NCBI GenBank assembly: GCA_030770535.1
Contig: JASVEC010000026.1
Span: forward strand, 124,001-188,000
Length of the DNA: 64,000 nt
Origin: Batkoa obscura
Lineage: Eukaryota
Direction of reading: 5' to 3'
In this document: one piece after another, positions 1 to 12,866 of the stretch
How positions within the stretch are numbered: position 1 is the stretch's first letter
Layout: each line of letters begins with the position of its first letter
The notes under the pieces: generated by a model
Database searches by the model: none
The model's input: only the letters and a program-made list of their open reading frames with translations
What the model was told of the DNA's origin: nothing
Made by a program: the position numbers and the translations under genes

Positions 1-560
1 ATCTTTTCATAATCCTCTATAGTTTCTTTAATCATAATACGTTTTTGATAACTATATTTATTAATATGCTAACAAACGAAAATTTGGATTATTATAAATT
101 AAAAGAGGTTAAGTATAGGTAAAGGGAAATAGAAATAATGACTTACTGTTTGAGTAGCTGGATAAATTAATTGTAATTTAATATCAAAATAAGAAGTTTG
201 AGTAATTTTATTATTATCATTATTATTATTATTCAAGTTCCCTTGAAACCAATAATAAATATCATTATTATCTACCATTTTCAAATCTTTAATTCTTGAG
301 ATCAGTACATTCCTACCTTCATTATTACTCTCATTATCTATCTTTTGAACATCATCTCCCTCTTTTTCTTCCTTGTCACTATTAGAGAAGTCGGTTTTTA
401 AGTCCATTAATTCAAATTGTAATTTCTCTAAAAACAATAAAGCTTCTTTTTTTTGACCATTTTCCTGGATGTATCCTAATAATATTACTTTCTTTAACGC
501 TGGATCTTCATGGATTAATTGTTGATATTGAAATCGTTGAATTAATTGAGTACAAGTCAT
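1..560 (-). CDS. DCS1: Scavenger mRNA decapping enzyme DcpS (m7GpppX diphosphatase), 5' part; runs off the window start
   Basis: ATG at 560 gives MTCTQLIQRFQYQQLIHEDPALKKVILLG...NNDIYYWF...KLQLIYPATQT. After a GT-AG intron (~146-71) it continues HINKYSYQKRIMIKETIEDYEK. These are DcpS N-terminal domain motifs. Confidence 0.88.
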
Positions 561-921
561 CTTTGTAAACTTCAATCAAGAAGGAATTTGGATTGGCATT
601 TTTTGAATATTTTAATAAGTGGAGTTTTAATCGTTTTTTATTGCTATCTATTAAATTGAATTTCTTTGAAATCAAGTCAAGTACTAATTTTAATCAACTT
701 AATTTTGGAATTTGTATAATAATTAAGGATTTTAGACAATATCTACTTAAAAAAGAGTTTATTGAGTTTTCATCAAAATAATAATTCTATTAAGATACTT
801 CTCAGTTTTTTATTTTAAAAATAGAATAATATAAGATTAGAGTTGAAATCATAATTAATAAATATTAGTTTTACATAAATATACTAAGCAAAAGAAGTTA
901 AAATGATAATAATTTTTATAC

Positions 922-1018
922 AAAGGTGTTTTTTTGATCTTATCACTTTTTCTATTTTTCAAGCACTATTTAAGTAAAATAGCTGTTAGCAAAATTTTTA
1001 AACAAAAAATACATCTTT
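922..1018 (+). mobile_element. ~97-bp MITE (Sola-like family), heavily mutated copy
   Basis: Aligns end to end with the family. Termini are eroded (AAAGG...CTTT); flanks ATAC/ATAT. Confidence 0.8.
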
Positions 1019-1741
1019 ATATAATAAAAATAAATTAAAAAATCAAAAGCTAAAAGTTTATTAATTTTTTAATATTTTTACTCTAGATAATTTATTTATT
1101 TTAATAATTAACATTTTTATTTCATTATTTTTATTATCAGTTTTTTTTTTAATATGAATAACTTTATCATTATTATTAATAGTTATAAAAAATTTAAATG
1201 GAGATGAGAATAAAATATCATTACTTTTAGCATCTGCTAACTAAATATTATAATTTTATTATTTTAGTATTTAATATTTTATTTTTATTTTATTTTTAAA
1301 ATCAAATATAACTGGTTTTAAATAAAATATACTTTCATTTATATTTATTTTATAGCCTGATTTTTCTATCTTTTAAATGTTTTTATTATCAATATTAATA
1401 ATACAAGTATTTATCAATGGTGAAAAACTATTTAATTCCTTTTTAAAAACATTAAATAACTTTTTGAATTATATTTAATTAGTATTATATTTATTAGTAT
1501 TTATACTATATATTTAAAAAAATTTCAAAATTTTAAAATTTCCCTTATCAATTATATAAATTTTATTAAAATAATTACTAAGTTATATAATGTTGTTATA
1601 CATTAAAATTAAACCATTGTTATTAACTTTAGTCCATTTTCATTGATCAGTGAAACTATTATCTGATAAACATGTTATGTGCGTATCTTTATTTAGTATT
1701 GTTTTATTTTTGTTATCTTATATAAAACCACTCAAATAATA

Positions 1742-1816
1742 AATTTTACTAACAATTTTTCCGCTCAAATAGCGCTTAAAAAATGGAAAAAATAATGAAG
1801 CTAAAAAAACACCCCC
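1742..1816 (-). mobile_element. Truncated ~97-bp MITE, with a solo LTR inserted into its terminal C-run
   Basis: AATTTTACTAACAATTTTTCCGCTCAAATAGCGCTTAAAAAATGGAAAAAATAATGAAGCTAAAAAAACACCCCC. CCCC-ATAT resumes at 2299, after the LTR. Confidence 0.85.
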
Positions 1817-2298
1817 TGTGAAATATCGGTTCATTAGCTCTAGGATTGATTATAATATGATAATCAATTCAGAGTTCCTTATATATATTTGCTGTGAGAA
1901 TTGCTACCACCTGGTTACGAAGAACTTATTGTCCACGTTTTAATGTCCATACTTGGCAACTATAATAAGGAATAGCTGTTATAATGTTCTTTATATATAG
2001 CCACCCAGTTGGAGTACAAAAGAGATTCTTCAACATACTAACTCGAGACTTTTTTAATTGAATTGCTCCCTGATAACGTATCATTAATAAATTCACTAAG
2101 TCTTTCTGACGACATCTTACATAAATTTTACAGTAGTATCTTCTATTATATTTGTTTTACATAGTTCGTAGCTTATTATGTATTATTTCTATTAAGTTAA
2201 GTCTATCTTAGTTACATAAACTAAGACCGTTCAACTCAAGGCAAGTCAATTAAGCAAGAGTAGCTTTTAGCTGCATATGTTCTGGATCAACTTTCACA
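1817..2298 (-). mobile_element. Solo LTR (copy 1, 482 bp)
   Basis: TGTGAAA...TTTCACA termini and a CCCC/CCCC TSD. Its reverse complement aligns with 14890-15420, 22200-22697 and 34074-34538. No internal gag/pol. Confidence 0.85.
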
Positions 2299-2916
2299 CC
2301 CCATATAATTTTTGGTTATCTACTTTAAAACAATATTAATACTTTGTTATTTATATTATGATATTGTGGCTATGATAAATGTATAAAGTGATAGAATAAC
2401 AATATTTTAAAATGATATAATAAATGCTAATTATAGAAAAAGCTTCATTACTTGATAAATAATGACAGAAATCGAATAAACAGTTTCTTCTACCTTGTTA
2501 TCTTTTATCTTGCAAATCTGACATTGAATTACCATGGGTTGATATCGGTAGAGCCATAGGATTAGAACATAAAGTGTTTTATTTCGATAGATAAATTGAT
2601 ATACCAAATATAGATGTAAATAACTAACAACCAATTATTTCGATTGAAGCCAAATTGCTCAATAATCCAGTGGAATGGTTATGATACAATACAACCGATT
2701 TAAGAGCAGCATGATAGAAGTAACCTTTTTACAATAGTTGTGGGAAGTCAATGCTAGTTTTAACTTTTTAATATCAAAAGAAGAGTATTACAAAGGATAT
2801 AGGATAACAAATTTATCAATTAAAAATTCAACCAAATTCAAGAAGCTAATTGAATAAAGTAATAAAAAAGCCAATTTAAAGCAGATAGTTGCAGTTCATT
2901 ACAAAATTGATTATAT

Positions 2917-3014
2917 GGGGATGTTTTTTTTGGTTTCATTATTTTTTTTATTTTTAAGCGCTATTTGAGTGGAAAGACTATTAGTAAAATTCTTAAACAG
3001 AAAAATACATCCCC
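2917..3014 (+). mobile_element. ~97-bp MITE (Sola-like family)
   Basis: GGGGATGTTTTTTTTGG...AAAAATACATCCCC with TSD ATAT/ATAT. Confidence 0.92.
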
Positions 3015-4080
3015 ATATCTATTTTTATTTTTTTGAAAGCTATGGTTATCTAATATGATATTCGTAAAATTGAATTCAAACGGTCTATTATTAAAAGTAC
3101 AAACGAAATAGTTAGGTTATAAGATAGTAGGTGCTTTGATAGCTTCATATTCATTCATTGTATTATTTGGTTGAAAAAAATCAATATTGATAAGAGTATA
3201 GGCGCTTTCGAGATTCAAATAAGCCCAAATACTTGATATAAAACTTTAGAAACAAGTAAACTGAATAAACTCATTGGATAATAAAGACAATACAACTAAA
3301 GAGAAAAAGAAGAAGATAGGGCTATAGAATTATAATAGTATTCATAGGATAGTATCAACTATTCGCTAATGTGAAGCATTATTACAGTAATAAATACTGT
3401 TATTTTAACAATACCAATTATAAATTTTATATTTTATGCAAACAACTTAAAAATAGAGAGATCTCCAAGTATAAATGCTAAATTAATTTCTATTGATGCT
3501 TCAGACACCAGTAATGACACTATAATATAGAGATGCTAGCCATTCTTGTGAAACCAACAATTTTATTATACATTCCCCATCCCCTATTCCCAGTAACTCT
3601 AATAAATAAAAATATCCGTTTGAATATTTAAATTCTTTAGACTGATTATATTAATTTCATATGTACAATATAGCTAATTATATGATTATTATTACTACAA
3701 AGAAGTAAAACTTAATATAGTCATCAATTGAAAAATAGAATCCTTGATAGTTCATGACTTTTATTTTTTATCATCTATTTGTTCAATAAAACAGTATTAC
3801 AGGACCCAAACTTTATACTGTTTGAGCCTATGATTTTTAAATAAATATGTCTTTATAGTAGCTCATAGTTTAAATATTATTATTTATTACTTATTACTTA
3901 ATTTATATTATAAATAGTTTTATAAGTGCATTTTTATATTTTTTATGTTTATTTTGATTTTGAAATTGAGAATCAACTTTATGAAAATGATTTGCAAAAA
4001 AACCATGTTTCTGTATGATTTTTGCAGTAAACTTATTTAAAAATCATTGAAATAAAATTGAATTTTAAATTTTAAAAAAA

Positions 4081-5616
4081 ATGAAGCGAAAGGTTACAAG
4101 AAAAACTAAAGAAAAAGAGATAGAAAAGAATGAAGTAGAAAACAAGGAAGGTAATACAAAAAGAAAAATCAAGGTTAAAAAGTTTTAATTAAATTTGAAA
4201 TTTTACAGAGTTAGTAGAAAAGAGAAGTAAAAAAGTGGGCGAAGAGATTGAAGAAGTCGAGCAGCAAGTGGAACAAGGAATAATGGATTCTACTAAAATT
4301 ACGCCTGCAGAAGTAGCTCTGATATTAGAGCAACTGGCTAAATCGAATATTCAAACTTCAACCCAAGTTCAATCAATTATGGAGCAAAGTTTAAAAATGG
4401 GAGTTCAACAAGAAGGATTGGAAGGAATGAACAGTGCGAATAACGTGATAGAACCCAGTGTGAATTTGGCAGCTAATTTAAAGAATCCTTTGACGGTCAA
4501 AAAAATAGCCCCTAAACCAACAATGCCAGTATTAGCTACCAGTGATCTTATACTACAAGTATGATTAGATTAAATGCAAAAAATTTGTTTTATTAATGAT
4601 TTTTAGTCAGTTGCCAATATGCTACCTAATTCAAGTAATTTCAAAGGGTTAAATTCGGTCGAAACTTATGGTATGAGGCCTGCAACTACTCGTGGTAGAG
4701 GCAGGGGCAAAATGAGAGCCAATTCAAGAGGGGAGAAGGCAATTATGACTTTAGATATAAATAAAAAATCAAACTAATTGACAATAGGTGGATGAATACC
4801 CTAAAGAACCAACTATGAGTTATTTGCGCCAAATAAGTGATTATAAATTAAAGAATATGGTTGTTGTAAAAGATGTTAATGTAGACGATGAATTTAATAT
4901 AGGTAAATAATTAAGATGTTCATTTTTATTTATTTGATATTTTATAGTGAAATTGCAAAATGCTAGAGAAATCTTAGATCTTTTACCTAAAGAAGAAGAA
5001 TCATATAATTGGCTATCAACTGTTACTGAAGTAAATTTTATCATTAATGTTATATTTTATTTTTATTTTTATTTTTATTTAGAATTTAGAAGACAATCTT
5101 AAAAAGGTTTCTGGTAATTTTTTTAATATTTACATTTATGTTCTATTTACATTAATTTAGATAAAAGTCCTGCAATCAAAGAAATATACCAATTTATGAT
5201 TTATAGTTTAAAAGAAGCAAACAATAAATTAGATGAAAATGAAAATAAAGTTGAATTAAATGAAGAAGGTAGATCCAACTTTTGATATTAATCGCTATTT
5301 ATTGAATGTTATTTTAGCAAGAAAAATAGTACAATTTTTAATAGCAAGGATGTACCAGAATGTTGGAAGGGACCCAGCGATATTAAATCATATTGGCAAA
5401 AAATTAAAAAATATACTGGTCAATGATATTAAAAATAAATTAACCAATACATCAAGTGGGCAATTAGACGAATCAAATGCTAATGATAGTAACGGAAGCG
5501 CATTACCTCCTGTTTCTTTTGCTCCCTACGCTTCTTATTTTAATCGCCCTTCTTATAATCTTTTAAATGTTACATCTTCTTATCTTAACGCTAATTTATA
5601 TAAAAAAGATTTATAA
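4081..5616 (+). CDS. Uncharacterised multi-exon (about 8 exons) protein, probably nuclear (basic N-terminus, RGRGRGK)
   Basis: One continuous frame from ATG 4081 to TAA 5616 using introns ~4151-4208, 4559-4606, 4739-4787 (GC-AG), 4903-4947, 5031-5082, 5114-5160 and 5269-5317. This joins ORFs 4235..4564 and 5260..5616. Confidence 0.7.
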
Positions 5617-5971
5617 TTTCGTATCTTAAATAAGTGGATTTTACCTTTTTACCTTTTTTTACCTTTTTTATTTTAAAGCAAAAGTAAATGTATTTTCGAT
5701 GTATTATCAAAGTAAAACATATAAATAAAACAAAGCAGAAGTGATCTTAATCAATTGAGAAAAATAACATATTTCTAAACATTATTATTGCTTACTGTTA
5801 TCAACTATATATCACTGTTGTTGTTACTATTTATTTATTGTGATATAAAATGAATATTTCCTCTCAATTATTTGTTCACTTTTTGAGTTTGAACTTCATA
5901 AACACGATCACCAAGCTCTTATTCAAAAAAACATTTTCATGTAAAATTAACTAAAATTGAATTAAATACAT

Positions 5972-6068
5972 TGGGGTGTTTTTTGGTTTCATTATTTTTT
6001 CCATTTTTTAAGCACTATTTGAGCGGAAAGATTGTTAGTAAAATTCTTAAATAAAAAAATACACCCCC
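5972..6068 (+). mobile_element. ~97-bp MITE (Sola-like family)
   Basis: TGGGGTGTTTTTTGG...AATACACCCCC with TSD ACAT/ACAT. Confidence 0.9.
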
Positions 6069-6325
6069 ACATGACTTGCTTTCACCCAAACTTCCTTTTC
6101 CAACATTTCACTCTCAGTCTCCAATTACGTCCTTGATTCTCTCAATGGTTCCTCTTCCTTTTAATTCACTTTACTTTAATGGCTAGTACACATTCATTAC
6201 TTTTTATAGCTGCATAATTAAAAACACAAGGTTCGTCTTGAATTTAAAAATATATAGCTGTATATCTATTATCTTTTAAACGTGTTAGAAAAGAGTTCTC
6301 TTTAATAAACACTATATTGTTTATA

Positions 6326-6517
6326 TTAGATCGATTATAAGATAACCTTGCAGATTCACGTGCATGAAGAAAGAAGAATTATAATTGTAACAGTAAATAT
6401 TTTTTAACTCTATAAGTAAAGTTATTTCTATGTAACCTTTTTATGGTATTGTAGTTATTCCCTTTTACTACTTTTTTATTTGCCTGAGACTGTAAGGTTA
6501 TCTTATGACCAACCCAA
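6326..6517. mobile_element. Tc1/mariner-type MITE, 192 bp
   Basis: 35-bp TIRs with 26/35 identity (TTAGATCGATTATAAGATAACCTTGCAG vs TTGGGTTGGTCATAAGATAACCTTACAG). TA on both flanks and a mariner-like TTGGGTTGG end. Confidence 0.7.
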
Positions 6518-7228
6518 TACTTGTTATTTTAAATGTTAGGTTTTGAATTTTTCTTACGGGAAATTTAAAAGCATAGCTCAAACATCTAGAACTACAACCA
6601 TATTTAAATCGGGTATAGTTATTATTTGTCTAGATAGCAGTATAAAAGTTAGTTTTTTAAAAGACAGAAAGATGTTATATTCCTTTAACAAATAAGCGGT
6701 ATACATTCTTACATTAAAAACGCAAATATACTTTAAAAAATAAAAGATTCATAAATTGAATATTAAGTATAATTGTTTACTCGTTTTAAATTAACTAATG
6801 GAATAAATGTTTTTTTAGTGTATATACACAAAACACCAATTGAAATATCTTATTATTTTATAAGTGGCAAAATCAACTTAACCATGAAACTTGGCAATAG
6901 TCACTATAGTGTATATTCGATCTTTTGAAAAAACTTGGCAAATGTCATAATATCAACTAATAAGAAAATAGAAAGAAAATAAGAGAAAATAGAAACTGTG
7001 AAGTTTTAAAATTGGACATGACAGAGAAATTATTGGTACCTTATGTGGATGGTGCCACTTGAATGTCGTAACATAATACCAGGTGATGCTCCATCTAATC
7101 GTATTTGGATATAATCCCAAATTCCACCAAAATTTTATCATTACAACTTTATACATCCCATAATATTTTTAGACCTCATAGAACCTATAAATACTAACCT
7201 GATAAAAAAAACTAAAGCTATTACACTA

Positions 7229-7850
7229 ATGAGACCCTTATTTTTACTTTTCCTTTACATTGTTAAATTTACCTTATCTGAAGATTTATCACCATTCCAA
7301 GGTTATGCCTATAATTGTAAAAGTGAAAATTCTGACTGGATAGATGAAAGCCCTGAAAAAATAGATGGGATCAAAGAAAGGTTCAGGAAGGATGGTGTTA
7401 AATGCAAATGTGACTTTTATACCGAAAAAAGAATCGTGTCCGGTGCAGCTTGTACCGTATTTGAAAAGAAAGAAAGCATGATATGTGAAAAAAACCAAGA
7501 TAAAGTTAGTGATTTATTTAATCCTTCAAAGTGTAAAAATAACACAGATGGAGTCATGAACTTTGATTCTATTGGAAAGTATGAGCATAGCAGCGATGAT
7601 TACCATATAATTTGTTTAAATGAGGTTAAAAGCCTATGTGGTCCAGTTGAAGCGCAAATAATTAGGTACAAAACCGCGTATGATGCCGAAAATAGTAGAA
7701 ATAATGTCAAAAAACTTAAAGGTATTTTATTATATTTGTTATGTCAATGAAATTAAACATTTAGATTCTTCATCCTTTGCATCGGTTGACGTCTTCTCAT
7801 TCTACTTTTTCTTGACTTTATGTGCTTTATTATTAGTTAATTGTATTTAA
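7229..7850 (+). CDS. Secreted Cys-rich protein with a probable GPI-anchor signal
   Basis: Signal peptide MRPLFLLFLYIVKFTLS and 8 Cys in the ectodomain. Intron 7722-7764 yields exon 2 DSSSFASVDVFSFYFFLTLCALLLVNCI*, a small-residue omega region followed by a hydrophobic tail. Confidence 0.78.
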
Positions 7851-9317
7851 CATATAATGACATTTATTCATAACAAAAGGTACACTTTATCAAAACCTAT
7901 GAAACTTAACAATTACTAATTTTACAGCTTTCTTAAAGGTGTTTCTTATCCTAGAGTTAACTTATGTATAAAGTTGCGAAAACACTTTGATTTTATCCTT
8001 GCAACCTTACATGCAGTAAACTGTTCTAATTACCTAGTAATTAATAATGGCCATATCCTAAGTTTGACTTAAACATCCTCAAATTTCATTTTTAATTTAC
8101 CATTTTATCCATTCACTTTTATTTCCATGAGCCATAAGCCCCTTCGAAAAACTGGTTTTCTTGAAATTTTATTTAAGTAAATTGCTTTAATTTTTAATTA
8201 TTTATCCCCTGTTATTATGTATCTAATCACCACAATAACTATAGACGTTACACTAAGCTTCAGATTTATAAATCTATATAAAAATAAGAATAATATGGTG
8301 TTTGTTAGATATAAAGTGTCTAATATGACTAACATCTTATGAGACTTTTTGTAAAGCTTTGTATTTGCTAAGCTCCACGCACGTTTTCATGTACAGGCTA
8401 CGATCCCCTTTTATGTAAATACATAAACACATAAATACATAAATAGCTGTATATATGGCAAAACCAAGCATTTTAGATACACAATTTAATATAGGTAGTA
8501 TAGACTGACTACATAATATTTAGTTTATTAAAAACATTACAAAATGATGAAGTTAAAGTCATTTGAAGCTGAGTAGGTTGGTGTACTCTTCTTGGCAAAA
8601 GACTATTCACACTACATGATCAAAAGTTTATTAAAAATTTCATTATACTACTTTCAAGTTAGTTTAGGCAACACAATTAATCACTGGTAGAAAGTGTTAC
8701 TTACACCTATATAATCTCTAGTTCACAGTTGATGACCATGTCAGATTAAATTAATATTCATGAGAAATACATTTATCAATAAAAATGTTTAGTATATATT
8801 AATATAATATCAATTGTAAAAGTAATGTTTGGGAGCTCTTTGACTGGAAATCAATTCACTCTGGTATCACTTTGAATACATATTTTAGTTCAAATATGTA
8901 CTACTTTTGACGTTCAATGATATTTTTAATAGATCAATACATATAAACATCATTCAATCAGCCCGTAATTCACCCATTAATGCTCACACTTTCGCACTTA
9001 CTTATGTTATTGCTGTAGCTGTTTGAAGGTCATTACAAAAAACACATCTGCCCTTTGGTAATGTAAAATTCATACCTATATTTAAAAAGCATCAAAACAC
9101 CATAGGCTACTAAAGTTTTATTTAGGATTATAGAAAACTTAATATATTGAATGCAAGATGTAAATCTTATCTTAATTTCAATTGTAGAAAAATATTTACT
9201 ATCATGTGTATTGAATAAATTATTCAAGTTATTAAAATAGAAAGACAATTCAAAGAGGAGATAGAAATTACATATACAAGTCTAATAACGAGACTAAAAT
9301 TAAAATCAAAATACCAA

Positions 9318-9921
9318 TGAAACCTACCCTTTTTTTTACTCTTTCCTGCTCAATTTACACTATCCGAAGATGTACATGCGATTCGAGGCTATACTTATAA
9401 TTGTGAAGGCGAAAGCTTTGATAAGTTAGATGAAGCCAAAGAAAGATTTAGAAAGGGCGGAATTAAATGCAAATGCGACTTTTATACCAGAAAAGGAGTT
9501 GTATCCTATGCAGCCTGTACTGTATTTGAGAAAGAAGAGGATATAACATGTGACAAAAACCAGCAAAAAGGTATTGATCTATTTGATCCTTCAAAATGTA
9601 AAAATAACACAGATGGCGCCCGAATCTTCGATTCAATTGAACTTTATGTATATAGTGGAGGCAATGACCATATAATTTGTTTAAACGAAATCAAAAGCCT
9701 ATGTGATCCAGTTGAAACGCTAATAACTGTGTATAGAAGCCCAGGAGCAGCCAAAAATGATACAAACAGCATCAAAAAACCTAAAGATAATTTACTTTAT
9801 TTTTATATTGATCCGCACTGATTAGTTAGATTCTTCATCTATTGTATCGGCTAACATTCTTCCATTTTATTCATGCCTAAATTTATATGTCCTTTTATTA
9901 GCTAGTCATATTTATATATAG
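9318..9921 (+). pseudogene. Broken tandem paralog of the 7229-7850 GPI/Cys-rich gene
   Basis: Homologous throughout (GYTYNC...KERFRKGGIKCKCDFYT...ACTVFEK...PSKCKNNTDG...HIICLNEIKSLC). It has an extra T in the signal-peptide poly-T (frameshift) and the splice donor is mutated GT->AT (~9787). The downstream noncoding DNA is also duplicated (~7960-8200 vs ~10170-10400). Confidence 0.8.
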
Positions 9922-11216
9922 TTAAGTTTACTCAGGATAAACAGGCGCATTCTATCATGTATTATTTTTAAAATGGTACATATATTGTAAATGATAGGAT
10001 GATTTATAAATTATATGAATAAAAGCACTTAATATGAATATATATTTGTATAAAATAGATATTAATATTATAGCTTTGATTATTAAATTGGAAGTAAACG
10101 GCTGTAAAATTCAAAAACTGGTGGTTATACAACTTCTAAAAGTTTGACTTCTAATTTTTGAACCAACCTACATATAAAGTTGCAAAATTATTTTGATTTC
10201 GTCCTAAGACCTTTATATATAACAACTGTGGGTACCACTTAATAGCTAAATGCGAGCATGTCTCAAGTTTGATTTTAGCATCCTTAGATTTTATTCCTCA
10301 CCCTATATTTTTGCTCATTTTTTTATTTATACATAAGTTGTGAGGTCTTTTGAAAAGCTACATTATTTTAAACTTTCTTTGAGTCAACTATTTTGGTTTT
10401 GGTCAGTAATTCATTATTGACATATAATTAATGGTCTATATTAATATATGTATACTATATTAATACATTAGTTCTCATACACCAATAAAACAAGAACAAT
10501 TTAGTAGCTGCTAAAGCAAACTTTTTACTGCAAAGTTCCATCTTTATTGAGTTTTAAACGCAGACTATCCATATTTATTCACGTATTAGATTATCCCCTA
10601 ACTCTAATTCAGTATTACATAGTTTATAAGGATATTTAAAGCAGTAGCCAGTAATTAACTTTAGTTTAAAGTCAACCGACTACCTCAAGAAATTACAGAT
10701 TAGTAAAATTAAATGAGCTATTTTGTTTTAATATAACTTTAATATAAGAAATCACTATAAATTATTTTACTTTTGTTTGAGATTTACTTGAGGATTAGAT
10801 TGTTATTTCTTTTATATATGATATATATAGTATAATCCTTGCAAATATGTATAAGGCTTTTGATATTTGATATTACAGGTATATATACCTTGGCTCCTGT
10901 CTTTATCTCAAAAAACCTTATTTTCTGTTTTTTGTCATCTGAAGATTTTGACTAAATAGTTAAATATTAAAAGCTCAAGATACTGCTTTTATATACCAAC
11001 TAAGTATCTTTACATATATATTAAATAAGAAAAACGATATAAATTATCAAGCTATCGGACAACTTAATCAAAACATAAGTTAAAATCACAAGTTTATTAA
11101 TTTCTCAAACTAATAATGAAACATTCCTCCAGTATTATAGAACCATGAGATTGCAACACATTTATTGAAAATGACTCTTTTCCTAAGCTTGAACCATCGT
11201 TTTTTAGTTTTAAGAC

Positions 11217-12257
11217 TTATTTGTCTAACTTCGTTACTAATGCTTTATCAGTCAAATAAATTAACTGCGTTTTATCGGAATAAATATTATCTTTACTACC
11301 AAAGGAATAAATTAAATGCTCTTTATAATAAACTAAGCAGCCGTTGTCATAAGATTCGAATCCGTCTACTTTATATGAATTATGCATCTTGATGATTGAA
11401 GTTTTTATACTGTAAACAGCATCCCCTTCTTTATTATCAGTACCACCTAATATATATGCAAACCCACTTATATCATCAAAAACAGTCGAAAAATTAGACA
11501 TAGCTGGGAATAGGCGATCCCCACTAAATGTATTTATATTGCTACTTCTAGCATCAGCGGACCAAGTGTTGTAACTTTTCCTGTCCTGATATTCACCATC
11601 GCTTGTTTTCCCTCCAAAATTATGGATTGAAGACTTCAATGAGATGATACCACCACTAATGCTTGTTTTATATCCGGATTGTTCCACTACCCAAGTATTG
11701 CTCTCTAGATTATAAATAAACACTTTTTTATTATATCCTACTTTCTTACCCCTGTCTATATATTCGCCTCCAAAATAATATATATTTTCAGTATCTAAAT
11801 TGGCCAAGTAAGCATTTGATAACGCTGAATCAATATTTTCTCGTTTAAGTAAAGTAGCTAGTTGTTTAGATGCCTTTTCATTATTAATCCACTTGTTTGT
11901 CTTTATATTATAAACCTGAAAGCTGGCGAAAATATCAGAACCTTCACCTCCGATCATGTAAATTTTATCCGAGTCTTTTTCAGGTTGTATTATACTACCA
12001 TACATTGAAAAAGGTGCTTTACTATTAACTTTGGTCCACTTTCCTTGGGTTTTATTGATCATGAAACCATCATCTGATAAATCTAACATGTACACATCTT
12101 TATTTGGTATTATATTATTGTCACTATCCTGACTTGAGCCACCTAAATAATAAATTTTATCTTTAACTAACATGCAGTTTCCGCCAGATAATTTTGGAGA
12201 ACTTTGAGCAAAGTATCTATCAAAAACAATGCTTATTAACAGAAGCCAAAGCACCAT
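11217..12257 (-). CDS. Secreted Kelch-repeat (beta-propeller) protein lacking the family's TM/cytoplasmic tail
   Basis: Signal peptide and repeated IYYLGG/IYMIGG/YYFGG/NFGG/YILGG...W Kelch motifs. Paralog of 36097-37497, but it stops right after the propeller. Confidence 0.8.
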   Translation of the reverse strand: MVLWLLLISIVFDRYFAQSSPKLSGGNCMLVKDKIYYLGGSSQDSDNNIIPNKDVYMLDLSDDGFMINKTQGKWTKVNSKAPFSMYGSIIQPEKDSDKIYMIGGEGSDIFASFQVYNIKTNKWINNEKASKQLATLLKRENIDSALSNAYLANLDTENIYYFGGEYIDRGKKVGYNKKVFIYNLESNTWVVEQSGYKTSISGGIISLKSSIHNFGGKTSDGEYQDRKSYNTWSADARSSNINTFSGDRLFPAMSNFSTVFDDISGFAYILGGTDNKEGDAVYSIKTSIIKMHNSYKVDGFESYDNGCLVYYKEHLIYSFGSKDNIYSDKTQLIYLTDKALVTKLDK

Positions 12258-12866
12258 ATTGAGACCAATTCAAAGTATTATAAGTATCAAAAGTATTAAA
12301 AATTATAGAGTATTAAACTTCATTTTGAGGTTTAGGTTTTAATTTATATACAGAATGAGAAGCGAGCTAATGTATTAAAATTATCTTTTAGTAACATTTA
12401 ACTTGTTTAATTTAATTAAAATACTTTTTATTCACTTTGAAATTTACATTTAGAACTTTGTTTCTAAATAGATAAAATATTGATAAACTCATATTCAAAA
12501 ATATAAACAGAAAATTAGAATATATATATATATTCATTATTTATTAATTGTTGTTCTTTAGTCAATTATTTATATTAAAAATTTGATATTATTGTTTTGA
12601 CTTTTTTACAAATAATGGTTATTTGTAGCCGTTATTGGAAATATACAAAGTAAAATAGCGGATACGTGCAAACTATGTTTTAGCACCATGATGTAAAATA
12701 TCAATATCAATAAACAACGTGAAATAATATATGGTGGTAAACTTTGTTTATCCCTCACGTAGAAAATTCGTTAAAATAGTAATGATCATTTTATATTGAA
12801 AATATTTATAAATCATCAATAAAATTTTAAAATCAATTTTTTTTATTAAATCAATTAGCTGTAAAT

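Noticed and set aside
2420..3600. Possible decayed coding sequence (similar stretches at ~8230-9050 and ~62200-62760)
   Set aside because: Slightly higher GC than the surroundings, but no frame gave a recognisable motif, so no call can be supported.
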